Positions 35,120-35,978 of a stretch of DNA of 35,978 nt are shown piece after piece. The stretch is taken from NCBI RefSeq assembly GCF_001194135.2, contig NC_069006.1:25184880-25220857 (forward strand), read 5' to 3'. A program made the translations under genes and the position numbers. How positions within the stretch are numbered: position 1 is the stretch's first letter; the number at the start of each line of letters is the position of its first letter. The notes below the pieces were generated by a model that saw only the letters and a program-made list of their open reading frames with translations, was not told the origin of the DNA and searched no databases. The stretch is from Octopus bimaculoides. Taxonomy: Eukaryota.

Positions 35120-35253
35120 CAGATCCATGCATAAAGCTTTAGTTGGCTTGACACTATAGTAGAAGACATTTGCCCAAGGTGCCCATGCAATGGGACTGAA
35201 CCTGGAACCATGTGGTTGGGAAGCAAGCTTCTTACCACACAGCCACTCCTGCA
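35120..35253 (-). mobile_element. SINE family B copy
   Basis: ctatagtagaagacatttgcccaaggtgcccatgcaatgggactgaacctggaaccatgtggttgggaagcaagcttcttaccacacagccactcctgc. Confidence 0.8.
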
Positions 35254-35789
35254 TTTTATAAAATCATATTACTAGGAATTGTATAAAAAAAGAAAAATTA
35301 AAATATTTTGTGGATTGTAGTAGATGACGACAGTGATGATGATTGAACTGGGTGGGAGAGAGAGAGAGAGAGAGATTTATAAGCACTTTTATACTGCTGA
35401 AGACTATGTCATTGGGAAACTACTGTGAAACATTATAAAACACTGAATGTTTCTGCTACAAAAGGTTCAAAAGGGGATCTGTTGGAGGGTTGCTTCTTTC
35501 ACCTGACTGGCAACAAAGCCTTACTTTTTTTTTGTTGTTGTAGAGGGGACGATTATCTGTCATGCAGAGAAAAAGTCTCGGGTGTGAATGTTAGCTAAGT
35601 CTGTCCACATTTCCATATCGGAAACACCATGGCGAACTCGTTTGGCGGAGGTGGATGGGAACAGTGTAACAATAATTACAACATTATGCAGAAAACGATT
35701 AGTGATTTTTAATGACTAACCCCTACCAGTACCACCCCCCACCCCTCGTTAAACCAATATAGCGTATAATCAATAAAGCAACACTGATG

Positions 35790-35829
<40 letters not shown>

Positions 35830-35978
35830 CATCATCTTTTGACTAATTGGTAGGTTGTACCATGCTAACAGCAGAACGAGTGGTTCAATGCTGGTTTAGG
35901 GAGGGGATGTTTTTATTGTGTTGTTGTCTTTCGAGACAGACTCCCCCCTGCCCCCAACTCCCGACTGCCAGTGCTGCC

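Larger units (their letters stand above)
7668..35978 (-). other. Probable large intron of RERE upstream of the 97-nt BAH exon (at least 28 kb, open-ended)
   Basis: The 97-nt exon has an acceptor and starts mid-codon and mid-domain. A manual search for the expected upstream BAH exon (KW[FY]YR..SEVP..VY..L.QDR) found nothing in sequenced bases. It could lie in an N gap. Confidence 0.65.

Overview
AT-rich, microsatellite- and repeat-dense metazoan genomic DNA with six assembly gaps. The repeat families look like those I recall from Octopus genomes; this is inference, not a database match. The only host coding sequence I can support is three consecutive minus-strand GT-AG exons (7667-7571, 6346-6193, 2891-2758) of an RERE/Atrophin-2 orthologue. 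They splice in frame and encode the end of the BAH domain and most of the ELM2 domain. The rest is probably intron of this gene, including at least 28 kb with no recognisable upstream exon. It holds 5'-truncated RTE LINEs, several tRNA-headed SINE families, hAT and piggyBac-like MITEs, an internally deleted hAT transposon with TIRs and an 8-bp TSD, a restriction-like-endonuclease LINE fragment and a LINE-derived minisatellite. Apart from ORFs overlapping those exons and repeat remnants, the ORF track reflects simple repeats or gaps. I found no clearly novel system; the findings are testable leads of modest interest. All alignments and counts were done by hand, and orthologue and family consensus residues are recalled rather than looked up.
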